Shown here: positions 1 to 14,720 of the stretch, in pieces | Layout: every line of letters starts with the position of its first letter | Position numbering within the stretch: the stretch's first letter is position 1 | Assembly: GCF_006345805.1 (NCBI RefSeq) | Contig: NC_043004.1 | Location: 15,562,001-15,626,000 of the forward strand | Length of the DNA: 64,000 nucleotides | Direction of reading: 5' to 3' | From: Octopus sinensis | Taxonomy: Eukaryota | The notes under the pieces: generated by a model | The model's input: the letters and a program-made list of their open reading frames with translations, nothing else | Told to the model about the DNA's origin: nothing | The model's database searches: none | Program-made: the position numbers and the translations under genes

Positions 1-50
1 TAGAAAAAATATATGCGAAAATCCAGTTGCGTTAGACTTTGATGAAGTAA

Positions 51-93
<43 letters not shown>

Positions 94-1706
94 GTATATT
101 TGTGAGGTGTGTTATATGTTTCTGTGAATTTGGTCAAAGGTTATATGGGAGAACGTATCAACTGAAATGGATGTATAGTTAACATACCTACGTGTTATGC
201 TCGTTTCACTTTGGTAATCCGAATTCACTAAATATGAAAAAAAAACAAATCAAATTCTTTGAATATCTTAATATCTTTATCTCAGTAAGTGTACCCACCA
301 CACATATATATATTTAAAAGTCTAAATTTAAATTTTTAAGTGACGAAATACAGTTCAGCACCCTTATTATTTTTCCCCAGTAACATATTCATGTCAGGGT
401 TACTAAATTATATTCTATAAATCTTTGAACCTCGTTACTCTTTATTGGCGGCGGAAACAGTTTCAGTTTTTGAAACTGAACTGCGCGTGTCATGTTGTGA
501 TATGCAATAACTCTCCCTTCCAAGTACATAACCGTCATTTTAACCTCCAGTATCAATATATTTGTAGCAAAAATAACCTAGCAACTCGTACATAATTTTC
601 AATAGGGACATAGTGTCAATAAAATGAACGCGGTATTCAATAAGTCGATACACTCTTCGCACCAAGTGACCACGAAATTGGTTTCGAAGTTGCCAGATAT
701 TACTTGTTCATGAAGCTTACTTTGACTTCATGAAAAGATAGAACGATGTAAGACTCTACTCTATGCTTTCTACGACTAGCAGTGAAATTCCCTTAAATCA
801 CATGCTACTCCATAAAAATGAATTGGATCGTATATTCTTAAATATGACGCATGGAAAAATGTTTTGAGAATGATTATATAGCCTTTTAACATATAAATCT
901 TAAATGAGACCTAAACTCACGCTTAACTGCAATAAAAAAATGCCGGAGGACTTCGTCATTATTTAATAACATCACAGTATAAAAGCACCCAAGAACTTCT
1001 GGTCAGAGCATCGCAGCTCCAAATCGTCTGACCTATATTGCTTAAAGTTCGATTCATCGCCACTTCGTATTTCTATGTGTTTCCCAAATGCAAGCTAGGC
1101 AACTCACTGATGACCTCTAATGATACTTCGAACAATCGGATGTAATTTCAAATAATCAATGAAAACCTGGTTAACCCCTTTTCAATCGCAAATTATGCAA
1201 AGGTGTCGGTCATATCTAACACATTCAAATGTAGGGAAAAGGAAACTGCCTAGAGTTCTTAAGAAGCACTTCAGTTTCATAGAATTTTAAAATGACGGAT
1301 GTAGTCAAGAGATACAAAACGCTTGTCTTAAGACTATACGAGAATGATCAAAAGTAAATACTAATATGCTTCTTAAAATCTATCTGATGCGACACCATGT
1401 GAGTGTTTTGGAGCCGATTTAATGAAGATGTTATGGAAATCTGACATTAAAAGATGTCCAGTTATGCTGAAGTTGTTATGTTTAGGGACCAGGGAATGAG
1501 ATCCAATACATTTACGATTTTGATGTTGCGAAATACATGCCTACGGATGGTGCGTAAAGTATAATAATTAAAGATTGTAACCTATGCAAGACATGTTGAT
1601 CGTTGAGAGATCCTGACCAAAGACAGATATATTTTCGTCGTTTCAATAAGTTTTCACAAGTTATTGTGTATCAAAATCTATGACGATAGTATAGTCGTGG
1701 TGGTGG

Positions 1707-1718
1707 TGAGTGTAGTAT

Positions 1719-1763
<45 letters not shown>

Positions 1764-1790
1764 CAGCAGTAGTAGCAGAAGCAGCAGCAA
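1707..1790. repeat. (GTA)n/(GCA)n microsatellite
   Basis: Directly visible. Confidence 0.95.
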
Positions 1791-3574
1791 CAGGCGCAGT
1801 ATCTGACTGCTGCTACTACACACGTGTGCCTATAATTAGCGTTAATTTTATCAATTATGGTTTCTAATATAGAGCATTAATTTTCTCAGTGTGTATGAGT
1901 GTATCATATAAGCATAGTAAAGTGTAATAGGGTGGGGTGTAATGTAATGTTGTAATCCTCTTCATTTGCCCAGGTATAATAACTGAAAATTACAGACGTA
2001 ATGAAGATAAACGATGTTAACATTAACGATTCACTCTATAAAAACAATCTAATTGAAATAATGATTCGTTGAGAAAATTACAGTATTAGCGAAATCCTTG
2101 TTATCAGACCTTGTCGGCAAAGCTTAAAGGTCGCAGGATTTACTGAAACATGGATGAGAAAATCTCTGAGTATTTATACACTATTGTACATGGCTGTTAA
2201 GTCTCATGTCAGTTCTCTACACTATTACTACTGTACGGGCAATATAGTTTCTGCTTCACCGATGTCTAACGAGACCAAAATAAACCTGGATTTGTTTCTT
2301 TTATAGTTGAAATGATAGAGGTAAAGTTGGTCGTTGAGAGCTAATTTTGCCATATTTTTCCTCATCACATAATTCTATATTACTGAAATTTTTGACTCTC
2401 AATGCTATACATATGTTTACAGGAACATGCACATTGCTTCTCATGAAGCGGGCTTGTTTCTTTGAAGAAATTTCCTCTCTGATGCTTAAGTTCGATATTG
2501 ACATTTATAATTTTGTATGTGTCTGTGGAGGAGGGAAATTAGACGGCAGGGCAGGTAGGCGGTGGGGGGGTGTCTGAGATGTCAGTGCCGGAAGTGAAGG
2601 AGGAAGGGTGAGGTCTGCATCTGAAAGGAATGATGAAGTGACGTTATGTCAAGAAACAAGGGATTCGATTTACCTCTTTCTTCGTGAGATATCCGGTCCG
2701 AACGCCTGTGTGAAACCAATTTAGGGTCATAGAAGATTCTGGCCATAGGCCAGGTAGCGTAACCATTTAGGTGCGAGAAACAGATCTTTTCTGAATCTTA
2801 TGGCGAGTAGTTTTCAATCCTGTTTGAAGTTTGTCTTAAGCTAAGACTCTTGCTATCCAATGAACAAGCTATTTCGTTATGTTCATCTAAAGATGGGATT
2901 TTCTTTTTTATTCTCTTCCACCGTCGATACACAATATGGTCATAAGGATACGGTTTAGTAGCGATATTTTATGACCGTTTTCCGGCAATGTGGATGATGT
3001 GGCCTAGCAAAAATATAAAAATATGAGGCTTGTGAAGCTACAGGTCATACAAGACTTAGCCAGACTTATGCCGCTGTACTTAGAAGATGCAAACAGAATC
3101 TTCCGTTTTTTGACGTGACGTTATTCCTCCCTCACATCCGGTTTGGATTATCCCTTCCCACCTCCACTGTTTCAGTGGTTTTGTGGTGAACCTACATATT
3201 CCTTGATAACCAATATTTTGGCTGCCATTTTCCCTCTTTTGTTAAGTGCTGCGGTAAGATATCCGCAGTAAAAAATCTTACTATAAGATATGCATGTGAT
3301 GCGATTGATATAAAAGAGGCGTAAAATAAAATTTAAACTCTTATTCATGAAATATCACAAGAAAAATCTTAAAATTACTTAATGTTTCCTGAAGTAATGA
3401 GAGATTATCTTAGATGAATGGGAGACTGATTAGTAACATACGTTTGCGATTGGCTTCACGTAATAGAATGCTTATTGAAACACTGCGACGTTTCAAACCA
3501 TATGTATTTGTACACACATGCGCATACACGTAGATACCCCGCCTCACATCTACACTCCACACACTTGTATACAT

Positions 3575-3611
<37 letters not shown>

Positions 3612-3915
3612 TATCTGAGTACCTATATAGATATACATATGTGAATATATAAGAAAAATGTCAATGAATACTTGCCATTACATTTTTAATCAACCAAATA
3701 TGAACCAATTTTGCTTTAACTTGATAATACCCTTTTCCCAGAACTAAGGTATCTGGGAGGGTAAGTCGAAAGGTAATCTACTATAAATCGGCACGAACTT
3801 TCCGGACAACCCAATATAATTTTCCCTGCTTATTTGATCTCACTATTCATAAATCTAAGCCTCAGAACCAGTCACTAAGTAATTCAAGTTCGTCACATGT
3901 GCAAGGCATATTGCA

Positions 3916-4120
3916 TTACAAAGAGAAGCGCTCCAGGTAACGAACTGCGTTGGAGAATGCGTAATGATAAGGCAGTAAGTTTTCTGTTCCTGAATGGGTA
4001 AATGTGTAAACACAGTCAATTATGCCGAAAGCAGCATCTCCAGAACATTTTCTGATTTCAGTTAAAACAAATGCTTGATGCTTAATTTCTGAAAAGTGGT
4101 GTTCACGCAAGAATTTTATT
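3916..4120 (-). mobile_element. Possible LINE APE-endonuclease relic
   Basis: AFVLTEIRKCSG...YTFTHSG resembles RTE APE 'AL.ETR..G...YTFF.SG'. Confidence 0.35.
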
Positions 4121-4135
4121 TCACATATATGTATA

Positions 4136-4310
4136 TCTATTATATAAAATCCGTTCTGTCTGTCTGTGTATGTGTCTTCTAGGATTTCGAGCATCCTCCA
4201 TCCGATTGCGCTCAAATTTGATATTTAGATTTCATCAGTATCAGGGTGTGTGTAAGTCTTGAAAAAAATACAAAAATCGATTCCAGGTGAGAATGCGATC
4301 GATAAAGCTG
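4136..4310 (+). mobile_element. Non-autonomous Helitron-like 5' end
   Basis: A|TCTATTATATAAAA followed by a (CTGT)n block and CCGATTGCGCTCAAATTTG, the layout of Lep1/HINE-type Helitrons; no 3' CTRR hairpin found. Confidence 0.45.
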
Positions 4311-5324
4311 TTTTTGTCCTGCTTTTCTTCCGTCAACCTGTACATAACTGCACCTTCCATGTTTTGTTGTTGTTGTACTGCTTAAAGGTACGTTTCTTTC
4401 CTGCCAAGCTTACTGTTTAAACCATGTTTGTGTTCTCCCAGTCAACAGCCTTATCATTACTGGTACTTTAAACTCTTCGGTTGTATATTTGTGTGAATAA
4501 AATCGTTTTTCTTTGGAACAGAAAGAAAAGTCTATCTTTATTTTTTTCTTTTGCTGGTGTCTCAAATTTAGGTTAAATCAGTGTTTCTCAAAGGAGGGGG
4601 TCTATTGGACGGTCGGACAACTTGTTTTGAGAAAATTTCGTTTAAATGTTTGACAATATATATACATACTTTGCTAACAATATATACTCGTAACGACATT
4701 TCGACTATTAGGATTAGAATTATGTAGCTGAGTAAGCCTGATATTTTTCAACTTTGATTTATTTATATATGAACCAAATTCATATTTGAGAAATGAAAGG
4801 TTTACGTATATTGCAGGGGTAGTGTTTTACGTGCAGATATAAGCGGGGAAAGGATTACTCACAATTACTCCTGTTGCATCACATTATACATTTGATTTTT
4901 GTTTGCTTGTCATAAATCATTTCTTTTGATGTAGTTTATAAAGCGTTCTGTCTGCCGTTTATGTGACTCACTTTCAAAGGAATTCCTATATATGTATGCT
5001 TATATCTGTGTATATTCATCCATTAGTATATGATCTATACTATGATTACACTATTTACGTCTGAGTGTATCTCTGTATCAAAATTTTGTCAACAAACACC
5101 TCCGCAAACACAGGGCCGATTTCGACCAAATTTAGCGAAGGGAGCCGTGAGTACGAGGAGAATGTCAACATCTATATGGGATTCACGACTATTAACCTGT
5201 CCGGTCCCAGCTTAGTAAAATCCGACAAAACGAATTACCTCTCTTTCACAGTTCAGTGACTCTCCCACAATTCCTCACGCTTACTACCTCTTTCTGTTAA
5301 TGAGAGTTGTAGTGTGAGGAGTGG

Positions 5325-5517
5325 TGCCCGAAACTTTTGAGGAGGTGGGTAGAAATTTAGATCGACCCCAGTACGCAACTGGTACTTAATTTATCGAACT
5401 GAAACGATGAAAGGCAAAGTCGACCTCGGCGGAATTTAAACTCATAACGTAAAGACAGATGAAATGCCGCTAAGCATTTCGCTCGGCATGCTAACGTTTC
5501 TACCAGTACACCACCTT
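5325..5517 (-). mobile_element. tRNA-derived SINE, family A (GTCGACTTTGCCTTTCATCC...GTCGATAAA core)
   Basis: A/B-box-like head plus a core shared with many copies in the window. Confidence 0.85.
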
Positions 5518-5616
5518 GGTTATTAACAGAATTGCAGAGATAGTTACCTCCTTTAACTCACTCTCTCTTAACCGGTTGCGCTCTTTTCCAGGTCTCCTTC
5601 AGTGTTACTTTGATGT

Positions 5617-5642
5617 CACACACACACACACACAACACACAA

Positions 5643-5718
<76 letters not shown>
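5617..5718. repeat. (CA)n-(TA)n compound microsatellite
   Basis: Directly visible. Confidence 0.95.
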
Positions 5719-5879
5719 TATGTATTGTATTCACTCACTATACAATGTTACCTCTCATAACTGTCTCTCTTATACACATAATTACCACTTCTTTTACTTC
5801 ATTCTCTCTTAACCAGTTGCGTTCTTTCGATGTTTCTATCGATGTCTGACGAAAAAAAAAGACCAACAAATACAGTTAC

Positions 5880-6350
5880 ACTTTGGTGAAAACTACAGTT
5901 ACACCATACTCGTTAATTACTATCTTAAAGTGCGATATTTATGTTATTGAATTGCTCTAAACGAATTTGACCATAAGAATGTTGTCCATTTTGTATTCTT
6001 TAAGATACTAATAAAATTTGTCGGACCTATCTTTATGCAGTCGGAGCTATTCTTATTTCTGTTTACGTTGTTGCGTGTATGAATGTGTTATTGAATGTAC
6101 TGTCGTCTGATATTCCACGCATGTGTCGAATTTTGAAATTGCAGGCGTAAAATGTATGGAAATATCGGAAACTTTACGCATTCGACTGCATGAAAATATG
6201 TTCGACTAATTTTATTATTGCCTTGAAAATACTAAATTTCCAAAATTTCTATGGTCAAATTGGTTTATTGCAATTCAACAACATAAAAATCGCACTTTAA
6301 AATAGTGTTTAGCGAGAGTCATGTAATTGTAAATATATATCCAAGGTAAA
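5880..6350. mobile_element. MITE/foldback-like element with ~180-bp imperfect inverted arms
   Basis: ~5880-6060 is the reverse complement of ~6170-6350 (e.g. AAAGTGCGATATTTATGTTATTGAATTGC vs GCAATTCAACAACATAAAAATCGCACTTT). Confidence 0.7.
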
Positions 6351-7084
6351 TATTTACAATCAATACCATGAAAACTTCCCGTTCAGAGAAATTAACTCAA
6401 ATAGTAGCCGAATCGTCTCGAAACTTTCACTGTATAATTGTAATAAATTTTCACGTTTTCAACAGTACACTATGCCCAGAAATAGAAAGGGCAACAACTT
6501 GACCCGAAATGATTTCCCGTTCACAAAATTGTCGTGTATATACAACAGACGCTAATAGAAGAAAACATGCAAGCACCTAGCTCTTCCCAGTGTCTCGAAA
6601 TAAAGCGAAGGAGAATGCAAGAAACCCGTGCAATGGCAACAGCTAAAGAAGCACAAACACAGAGAAATGAAGATCGGCTGAGGAGACAGTAAACTGCATA
6701 TATACAATCCATGTGTCAAAAGTTTTAAACAGGCTATTTGTATAATCAAGGAATATTCTGCACTAGGAAAATGTTCTACCCGTGATATTATTATAAGTCA
6801 TGACAAACGGCTTATTTGTGCTAGGTCAAATGAGAGAACCTGTAATCCACTGGCTTCACCAGTGATCATGGTGGGAGACAATACCAATAATCCAAACATT
6901 ATGTACATCTGTTTCCCTATGGGGATGATGGCTAGAATGTGCTCTTGATAGACAATGACTGAAACAAAAACATGACTGAATGTAACTTTCATTGTTATCG
7001 GCTTCAGGTAAGAAAGGACGAGTTCAATGGCATACCGAAAAGTAGACGTCTGATGGAAGAATATGCTGTAGTTCAATATACGGT

Positions 7085-7560
7085 TCTCCTGCAGTTGCCA
7101 AAGAATATCCAATTCTCATCACAAGTAACGATTTGATGCAAAAATTGTCTTTTCCATTCGACGAAGCAGTAAGGACCACACTTCGAAGCGTCAATTCATT
7201 TTTTTTAAAATCTTGTTCAGTTGATGTGGAACAAACCTATCCGTTTTCTTCACTTTTCCAGTTTTTTTACAGCTGTCCAAAAGCAGTTGGGCGCGTTGTT
7301 TGGACTTCTGATGAAAGTTTTCGAACGTTTGTTCTCGGATTTTGTTCAGCCAAAGCATTTAAATCATCATTCCGAATAACTGATTTTTGCCTTTATTTTC
7401 AAGGCTATAATCTCCCGAACGAAACCTTTGGAACCATCCATGAACAGTTCTGATATCAACAAAACCACTACAAAAGGCCCACTTGATGAGCTTTTCTCAT
7501 ACAAGAAAATCACTCAACAGAGTTTGGTTGTTAAAATTTTCATAATGTCTGTACGTACGA
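7085..7560 (-). mobile_element. Mariner (Tc1/mariner) transposase relic
   Basis: RTVHGWFQRFRSGDYSLEN; GKVKKTDRFVPHQL (WVPHEL motif); ILHQIVTCDENWIFFGNCRR (first catalytic D region). No TIRs identified. Confidence 0.8.
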
Positions 7561-7686
7561 ATTTTGTATACCAATATTGTTGGGAAAGAATAAGTGTCAA
7601 GATTAAATGCAAGGTATACCTAAAGAATTTTAAATGACTAAAATAACAAGTAATTAAGAATGCGACATTTCACGTGAAACAACCTA

Positions 7687-7736
<50 letters not shown>

Positions 7737-7953
7737 AGTAAATGTAATGAAACGAAATTTAAGCAAGACGTCTTGCCTAACTCGCTTGACATTATATTTA
7801 CTCATCTACCGGCTCAAGATCGAATCTCTTGTGTACTTCGAAGTGTATTCTCTATAGAGAACACTGTCTCTAAACTACAAACTACATATATATATTATAA
7901 ATAATATATAAATATATGCATATGTACGTACATATATATATATATAGGTATAT

Positions 7954-7996
<43 letters not shown>

Positions 7997-9300
7997 ATAA
8001 ATGTATATGTGTGTCTGTGACGATACACACACACACACACATATATGTATATACAAACACATACAAATATATGTATGCATGCGCCACTGTGCATGTGAGT
8101 ATGTGTGTGTGCGTGCGCCACTGTGCATGTGAGTATGTGTGTGTGTGCGTATGTGTGTATGCATTATGTATGTCTCTTCCAATATTTCTTTATCAATTAA
8201 TAAAGAATTATGTTCTTAAAGGAAATATAATTAAATGTGTCTTGGAGAGAGTTAAGCTCCTTCTTTTATTATATTTATTCATATACTCGATAAAAATTTT
8301 ATATTAGTCTGATGCAACGACATTGTCTTGTACTTCGATTAATCCAATGTTAAATTAAATTAAATCCAAGTATATACATAAAATATTTTCAAATTATCTT
8401 GTTTTCCTTCGTTTCTATTTGGAGATTAACTATTTTTACATGCAGTTCCAAAACGAATATTACAAATTTCAAAAGCTAACTATTTTTGTTCTTAAACATT
8501 ACCAAGAACTTCAAATGTTGTTATTGAAAACATTGAAATTAAAATATATTTCATATTTTGTAGTGATGTAACGTTTATGATTCCTTCGTATATATATATA
8601 TATGTATGTATGTATGATATATGTATGTATATATGTATGTATGTATAAATATATTTGTGTTTGAGTGTGTAAATATATGTAGGCGCACATTGTAAATATA
8701 TATAAACTGCTTTTCCCATTTTAAAAGCGATTATACATTTTCACGTGTAAACAAGTTGACATCTGTGATTCAGTTGGTATGTGACCTCTCAGAGTACTGG
8801 AAAATTTTAAACGAACTACCGAAACCATTTCAAACCTCGTTATATAACGACAAGAAATGATATAAAAGCGACCTCGTGCTTCTTGTATGAATAAATACTC
8901 GTAATTTATTCTCAAACTTGCAAAATATCAGGATTATGATATATGAAAATACGAACTCTAAATATTTAATTTAATTATTTTCAAGCATATTTTTCGTAAT
9001 TAGTTATGATGTGTATCAGTTATTTAAACTTGAAAAGTAGTAAAAAAACACAAAAAAAACAAAGTAACAGTTATACATGAATAAAACAACTTGTCTGATA
9101 TAAAATATATGTATGTATGTATGTATGTATGCATGTGTATATGTATGAATAAATGAATGCGTGTATGTATGCACATATGTATATGCATATATAGATATAG
9201 ATGTGCGTATGCTTGTGTGTATATAGATATGTAAACATAACACGTGTGTATATATATATATATTATATATATATACATATATGTGTGTGTGTGTGCTTGT

Positions 9301-9488
9301 GTGGGGGCTGTGTGGTAAAAAGCTTCCCTCCCAACCACATGGTTCCAAATTAAGTCTCACTGCGTCGCACCTTGGGCAAGTGTCTTCTACTCTAGCCTCG
9401 AGCCGAGCAAAGCGTTGTAAGCGCGGATGTGGTAGGCGGAACTAATATTAGTACTTCTATACATTTATGTATACATACATAATATATA

Positions 9489-9536
<48 letters not shown>

Positions 9537-9580
9537 TATATACATGTATATGTATATATATATGTATATATATGTACGTA

Positions 9581-9611
<31 letters not shown>

Positions 9612-9790
9612 GTGTGTGTGTGTCTTTGAGCCTGTGTTTGTCCCAACCTCACACCGTTTGACAATAGGGGGTTGATGTGTTTGCGTCCCGTAACTTAAAC
9701 GGTGCGGCAAACGAACCTATAGAATAAGCACCAGACTTAATAAAGAAGTACTGGGGTCGATTCTTTTATTTGTTGGACTAAAATGTCATG
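9301..9790 (+). mobile_element. tRNA-derived CORE-like SINE, family B, with internal microsatellite
   Basis: GCTGTGTGGTAA...GCACCTTGGGCAAGTGTCTTCTAC head; internal (TA)n/(TG)n; 3' half matches other copies. Confidence 0.8.
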
Positions 9791-12401
9791 GTTATACCCC
9801 AACAGGAATCACCTTAATCATTGAAATAAATAAAAGATAAAAGATAAGAGAACGGTAGTTTCTGATTTTTGTGCAATTATCCCACATAAAATACACGGGA
9901 AGATCATAAAATACATGGGAATGAGCTACTAAAACCGGTTCAAGTAAAACAATGGTTTGTTTACTTTATTTACGAAAGTTCTCCTGAAATTGTATGAAAT
10001 ATGTAATACATTAAACATAACTGTAAATATGGAAATAGGAAATCAAATTTTAAGATTTATCCAAGCAGGAATGGAAGTATTTACTTTGAATGACGACAAC
10101 ATTAACTGTGAATGTTAAAAGTCGGTAATCTACCACTTTTAAATACATGATTTACATGACAGAATAGAAAGCAATAACAGAAATATGAATTTGTTGTTGC
10201 TATTTATATTCCATACTGTCAGTAAAAAATTATTCATTTCTTTAATAATATATATATCGTTACCTTATATTTACATTAAATATGTTTTTTCTTTTACCTA
10301 CGTCTGGTTAGTCACAATGTCGTGACTAATTCCTGACTCAATGAAAGATATTTAGAACTAATATCTATGATAATAGAAAACATGAATTCTTCAGCAAAGT
10401 GCCTAGTTTATATTTTTACTTCTGAAGATAGACATGTGTCATGAAAGTTATATAAATGCCGAGCAGGTGAAACAAATCTGAGCCAATTCATGATATTTCA
10501 ATAGACATAACAATTATGTGGCGTTTATTCTATGTTTGTATTGTTAGGAATCGCTATGAAATATTTACCGATTTTCACAAGTTTTGCAGTGTTATACATG
10601 AATATAAAAGTTTGTAACACTTTCTGTATTCTACCTTGTGATTCTTAACAAAATGTTCAGCTATATCGCATTTTCCACCATCATTCGGGTTATAGAATCT
10701 GTTATTTTGAATTTTGTTCTTTGTCAAAGCATTGTGTTGAGTGAAATGTTTTCCAATATTCCCGTAACTTATTTGCTTTATTCGCCAAGTTATAAAAATA
10801 AAACGCAGTCTAGCAGTCAAAGTAGGGGCCAACGGGGTGCAATATATGAACCCTCCTTTCTGCTAGTTCTTCGATCCCCTGCTGATACTAGTTCTTTTAC
10901 TTCGATGCGAAGAACTCCACTGAATAATTCACCTACTTTTGGCTGATGAAGTGTTGTGTGTCTAATTGTATAGATGCACTTATTTATTTGTATGTATGTA
11001 TGTACGCGGCTATTGCAGTGCTTTCTGTGCATTAGTGCTTCAAATTCCTTGATGATAGATACCCCTGGACTGCACTTGCGGTGAAGCAAACATTATCTTC
11101 GAGCTGGACTTCTCCCTACCTATAAAGACACTTCCTTCATCGAGATTCCGGCTGTCACCACATCTAGAACACCTAAAAACTTTATTTCTCATCATACCAC
11201 TTGGATAGAACATACCAAAATAACAATGGATCCGACTTTCTGACAGTATGTTGATGTACGTCTATGTTCTGGCTGGTTGGAAGATGAAAACGTTTAAGTA
11301 ATATACGATGAGTTTGAACGACCTTTTGCCGAGAATTTCAAAGTTCTTTCCGCCAGTATGTATTTGTATCAGTCTTGTTTATTTGGAATTTGGCTTAAAC
11401 GTTCTTTGCTTGTTTCTGTTGCAACAACTGGGCGCATCACATTTATAGAGAAGAAAGCGAAACGGAGAAATGCAATTCCGAATACAATGGAAGATTTAAC
11501 GTAAATTCTAGATTTTGGATCCCTTAGAAATCTGGGACAAAAATGAAAATTCCGACAACGGGTGTAGTATGAATGTACTAATCATCAGTGGTATACAGGA
11601 GCGGTCACTGGCAATGGAGTATGTGTAGGAGCTGGTTATGGCAGGTCACTAAACGACTAAACTTCTATCTTGATACCTCGCAGAAGCTTCTAGAACTGTT
11701 GATGTAAATATTGCCTTCGAATAGAAAATCGTGCATATGACGCAAACGAACATAAAAGTCGTAAAAGCATAGACAGCATGCCCCAAAACTTATCTCCTGA
11801 AAATTCTGACAATACTTGATGTTAGACACTGGAGAAATCGAGTTTAACATCGAACTTCTTTCCAGTATTTTGAGAAACTACACTATACATATTGTTGCGC
11901 TCATTGGGACAAGAATACTATTTTTTTTTAAACGATGTAGGCTAGAAAAGTTAGAATGAGAAAGTATACCTCCAACATATGACGAACATCCTGCATTCTA
12001 ATTTCAATGGCTGAGACGAAGTTTAAAATTAATAAACTTAATTGTAATTCTTCTTGCACGATTTCTTTAGACCTGCGTACTAAAACAATCATGTGACATT
12101 CAAATTATTATATACTTAATAACTGAATTTCCGCCTAATTGTTGGAGTTGGACACATCTCTACTGGGATGCATAAAGAAAACCCGCGAATGAGTGATCGA
12201 AAACCATAACGATGAGTGAAATAAGACAACTGCAACAAGCTTTTTCGTCTGTATAAGGAGCAACACTCATTAGTACAAGCACCATCGTCAAGCTTAAAAT
12301 ACTTCCCACAGATGAATCTCAAATATAAACACCGCCATCTTACAAACAACTTCTTGGTCAAGAGGGAAACGTTCAAAAATATTCGGTAGCAGAGTGACTG
12401 A

Positions 12402-12469
12402 GTATCTGATATGCATACATATGATATTAACATTGGTATCTGATATGCATACATATGATATTAACATTG
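12402..12469. repeat. Perfect 34-bp tandem duplication
   Basis: GTATCTGATATGCATACATATGATATTAACATTG x2. Confidence 0.97.
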
Positions 12470-12666
12470 GCACAAATAAAGCAATTTAAGGGAGAGGGTA
12501 AGTTGATGACACCGACCACAGTGCTCGCCAGGTACTTATTTTAACAACCCTGTAAAGGTGAAAGGCAATGTCCACCTCGGCGGAAATTCAATTCAGAAAG
12601 TAAAATCAAACAAAATGCCGCTAAGCATTTTACCCGGTGTTCTAACGATTCTACCAGCTCTCCGCT
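12469..12666 (-). mobile_element. SINE family A, diverged
   Basis: Same head and core. Confidence 0.75.
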
Positions 12667-13600
12667 CTGAAGCATGATATCTATATTAATAACTATTAGA
12701 TGAAACTGTGCTTAAAATGACTCTCAGAATATCCATAGGCCACGAGGCTTGCATACTGCAAAACTCGACTTCCCGCTATTAATTAAGAATTTCTTTATAA
12801 TTTAGTTGTCATTCAGGATGCCTTGTATCACTCGAAAGATGGATCGCCTCACAAATGATTTTCCAACATTATGCAGCAGCTTGTGAGGGAGTGAGATTCA
12901 CAATAAAGAAGTCATATGGAACTCGCGAAGTCAGAAATCTAGAGAAATCGGAATATTCTTCAATGGTATGTAAGATGCCCACAGAGAACCAGTGCATACC
13001 CATGATCTAAACCTCTACATATTTTTGGCGTATTCCTTAAAGTGAGATTCACTTCAGTATGTTTACACTACGAATGTTTATTCACAGAACTTAAGAAATC
13101 CATACGCATGGTGATACACGCAATTATTATGATGCAGTAAAGACACACTTTTTGTCCAGTAATCTTTCTGGACAAATATATGTTCGATGAAAACCCTTTT
13201 GAATTGTTGAAGCCGCTACTGTTTAAAATAAATTAAAGCTTTAAAAATGTATAAATAATCCTTTTGGCCGGACGGTATGAATATCAGAAAATATCACAAC
13301 TGGACACGGGAAGAGCTGATGGTTGATATAATTTTTAACAGGCATATTCATCGCAAATGCTTGGGCCAACATCAAAATCTGTTTGTTGCATTTGTGAAAC
13401 AAACAAGTACAGTTCTCTGTGTAAACAGGGAAATTCTATGCAGTGATATTAGGCACTTTGCTTGTCCCTGTAAATTGAAGTTACGATAGCAACAATTCCA
13501 CATAAGTACATGCACTCAAAATGTCGTTGAAGAACAGAAATTTTGGTTCATCAGAGCCAAAACAGGTTAGGCACGCTGTGCGCCCTTTTCTATGCTGTTG

Positions 13601-14034
13601 ACTCTTTACTCTTTTACTCTTTTACTTGTTTCAGTCATTTTGATTGCAACCATGCCGGAGCACCGCCTTTAGTCGAGAAAATCGACCCCAGGACTCATTC
13701 TTTGTAAGCTTAGTACATATTCTATCGGTCTCTTTTGCCGAACCGCTAAGTGACGGGGACGTAAACACACCAGCATCGGTTATGAAGCGATGTTCGGCGA
13801 CAAAAACAGACACACAAACACGCACATATATATTTACATATATACGACGGGCTACTTTCAGTTTCCGTCTACCAAATCCACTCACAAGGCTTTGATCGGC
13901 CCGAGGCTATTGTAGAAGACAATTGCCTAAGCTGCCACGCAGTGGGACTGAATCCGGAACCATGTGGTTGTTAAAGAAGCTACTTACCACACAGACAATC
14001 CTGCGCCTGGCTACTTACCACACAGCCTCTCCTG
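13601..14034 (-). mobile_element. SINE family B, full length, with duplicated 5' ~25 bp
   Basis: (AAAAGAGT)n tail at 13601; head ends ~14008; GCTACTTACCACACAG repeated at 14010. Confidence 0.9.
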
Positions 14035-14644
14035 TTTAGTACCATCTTATTTGATATATTTTTTCTCTAAAACTCAGGATTAACTATAAATCTTGGATGT
14101 AACGGGCACTTTTTCATTATCAAGGTGCTATCATAACCAAGCTGAAATTTAAACAATTTGTCGTGTTTAAATATTTTTTTGAAGAGTAATATCACTTTGC
14201 TTATATAAATGGTCATAGAGGCAAAACATTTTTAGCCTTTATATGGATATAGTATCAGTGATAGAACATTATGGCAAATATCTGCAAAATATCAACAAAA
14301 TAGTTGTTTAGAAAAGGATTATACAAGAATTGTATAAACTAAAACACTGCCAAATACATCCACTAGTAAAATAATAAAACAACAACATCTACAAAGACTT
14401 AATCGATATAAAATTAATGTAATCTGGACAGAAAAGCTCTTGGGAAAATTGCTATTCAGAACTCAGTAAAATGTTCTTAGCTTAATTATGTTTTGATCTC
14501 ATTAAAGAAACAATATACAAAATATTCATATGACGTTAAATTCCGGAAGGATGCCAAACAAAAATGGACAACGAGAAAATAATTAATTTCATGATTTCAT
14601 CTTATTCAAAATTAAATTAACGCAATAAATTATGTCTCAAAATT

Positions 14645-14646
14645 GA

Positions 14647-14711
<65 letters not shown>

Positions 14712-14720
14712 TATTATTAC
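14645..14720. repeat. (TTA)n microsatellite
   Basis: Directly visible. Confidence 0.95.

Noticed and set aside
2100-3300. GC-richer minus-strand segment resembling a LINE ORF1/APE junction (KIINVNI)
   Set aside because: Only one weak motif and many stops; not supportable.
7875-9710. Many 60-115 aa ORFs rich in YI/HT/CV
   Set aside because: They are translations of (TA)n, (CA)n and (TG)n microsatellites, not genes. The same applies to similar ORFs throughout the window, including poly-I, poly-N and poly-R frames.
10575-12454. Cluster of 60-112 aa ORFs with protein-like composition
   Set aside because: No recognisable motif or consistent frame; cannot be called a gene or TE without a database search.
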